From assembly GCF_964204645.1 (NCBI RefSeq), contig NW_027437438.1, positions 62,001 to 126,000 of the forward strand: DNA of 64,000 bases, read 5' to 3'. Below are positions 62,191 to 64,000 of this stretch, in pieces. Position 1 is the stretch's first letter; each line of letters starts with the position of its first letter. The translations under genes were made by a program, and so were the position numbers. This stretch comes from Tubulanus polymorphus (Eukaryota > Animalia > Nemertea). The notes beneath the pieces were generated by a model. That model saw nothing but the letters and a program-made list of their open reading frames with translations, was not told the origin of the DNA and made no database searches.

Positions 62191-63813
62191 ACTATAGTAG
62201 AGTATTGTAGAGCAAGAACCTGGTCAATAATACCAATTTCACACAGAAATTTGGTTGCTTTCGATGACCTATATATGCCAAACATAGGACTCGTCCAACT
62301 CCCATCATGAACCCACACTTTAAGTATGAATAAATTCTGTGTAAAAATCTTCACCTTACAGCAGTAACAAGCTCCAAATTGGCAATTTTAGACACCGGCA
62401 TAACAGTGGCGGCCATCATGGATGGCCTGATTCAAAGCAGAAGGGAAAAGCTCCCGAATTGCTAATCTACTCATCAAATTAAATGTGGCGGTCATCTTTG
62501 ATGACCTATATCCGCAAAAAAAAGGGTTCATTCTCCTCACACCTAAAACAAACATACCAAAATCAACCAAAAGTTAAGCCTGTAGAGCGGGAACAATATC
62601 TGCATGCCTGCCTGGACGGACAGACAGACAACACAGGTGTTTACGATACCTCTTGCATTCTTGGGTCGATGGGTAATAATAAATTTGCGTCAAACATCCC
62701 TTTGTGGACTTGGCATTTGAAGACAGAAATCCATTAAGACTTTTTTGGTAGCACAGCGCACACAGTACATGAATTCAATTCAAATTAGGTGTACCATTAC
62801 ACTAGATGAGCCAGTATGCCTCTGATACCCTGCCTATAAGCTATGTATGGTGCTAGAGCAATTGCTCAGGTAACAAACAGGTAAGATTGTCTACACCAAT
62901 TGAAAACTGGGGTATTGTAGCTAGGTAGATATTATTAGGTAAATAGGAATGGACCTCATACTAAGTCAAAACTTTGTACCAAGTTTTACATTTATTTCTG
63001 GAGTAATGAAGGATTTGATCATGCTAACATAGTTTCTCAATGTGGCCCCCTGCATAAAATTCGATGTTCTTAGGTGGATACTTCAACCGTTATAGATGGA
63101 TATATAATAAGAAAAGGCATGCATTTGAAATGATTATACATGTACATAGATGCGCTGAAACTATTTAATCTATCTACATGATTAAAAACCCTATACAGGC
63201 GCAATTGGTAGGAAAAATTAATCACAGCATGCGCTCTGGCTTTCAGTGTTCGATGACTGCTGAGCGACTACAATAACAGATGGAATGGACTAATCACTTT
63301 ACCTACCAGACATGGCTCCCTTTGAGAGATATGGGTATTCACCAGAATGGTTTTCCATTATTCCAGCAATATCTAGATGCAACCAATTTTTGTTTGTGAC
63401 AAATTCCTAGAAAAAATAGATTTTGATATTCATTTTACTGTAAAAAATCGCCTAGGTCGCCTCAATTTACGAATACATCGGAGGTCTCCTTTTGCCGGCC
63501 GATTTCCACCAATAAACACGAACAATGATATAACAACGGCTGCTTTATTCTACCACAAGAGAAAAAGAGACCGCTTCTGGTCTATTGCAGCGGTCAATCA
63601 CAATCCTGACTCCCCTCCTTACGTATCGACGCTTAATCGACATCAATAGATCGTCGTTGTCCGAATGTTTGAATTTCCTGATAGGATCGTTCATCTGACT
63701 ATTAATAGCCAGTGTATTGGTGATGTCTTGTCGATAAAATTTTTCAAAAACGGCGTTGGCGTGGCCATATATATGAAAGTGTCGTTTAATTTTTTTTCAA
63801 TGTGATATATGAA

Positions 63814-64000
63814 CAAGTGCCCCAATGGGCACAATGGCCAGCCTGTCAGATTTGCTTTTTATAAATGATGTAATCTGTGGGTTATATTTATCAATATACA
63901 CTCCCTGCTCAATATCATTTACATAGTAAAATCGTGTGTTAACACAGACAGCAGGAACGAATGTAATATAGAAATACTAAGTTATTGTATTGTTCAACGC
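63814..64000 (-). mobile_element. 3' end of a third copy of the same modular repeat (runs off the window)
   Basis: Reverse complement of ~53420-53605. Confidence 0.8.

Overview
AT-rich eukaryotic DNA, probably from an invertebrate animal (inferred from the element families and spliceosomal introns). It consists almost entirely of nested, partly decayed mobile elements, and I recognise no host gene. The main feature is a 10.6-kb Polinton/Maverick-like element at 11207-21778, with a 6-bp TSD (AGTACA), 5'-AGT...ACT-3' ends and ~385-bp TIRs. It encodes a protein-primed PolB, an RVE integrase with a chromodomain, a truncated packaging ATPase, two small conserved ORFs (one membrane-spanning) and a giant-virus/phage-type HNH nuclease, but no recognisable capsid or adenain protease genes. 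The outer ~186 bp of each TIR is itself an imperfect palindrome able to fold into a long hairpin, with the same mismatches at both ends. The element sits in the 5' LTR of a BEL/Pao retrotransposon, and an older, diverged Polinton relic lies 2-5 kb to its left. To the right are an intron-containing Harbinger transposon with a Gypsy element in its intron, an SGNH-hydrolase-like cargo gene bracketed by identical 41-bp repeats, and a multi-exon Mutator-like transposon encoding PHD + OTU-like protease + DDE domains. Further along are more Gypsy remnants (one with a spliced C2H2 zinc-finger accessory ORF), an RTE-X-like LINE, three MITEs with 5-bp TSDs, pogo-like MITEs, Helentron/DINE-1-like modular repeats and microsatellites. 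All calls come from reading motifs by eye; no database searches were run.
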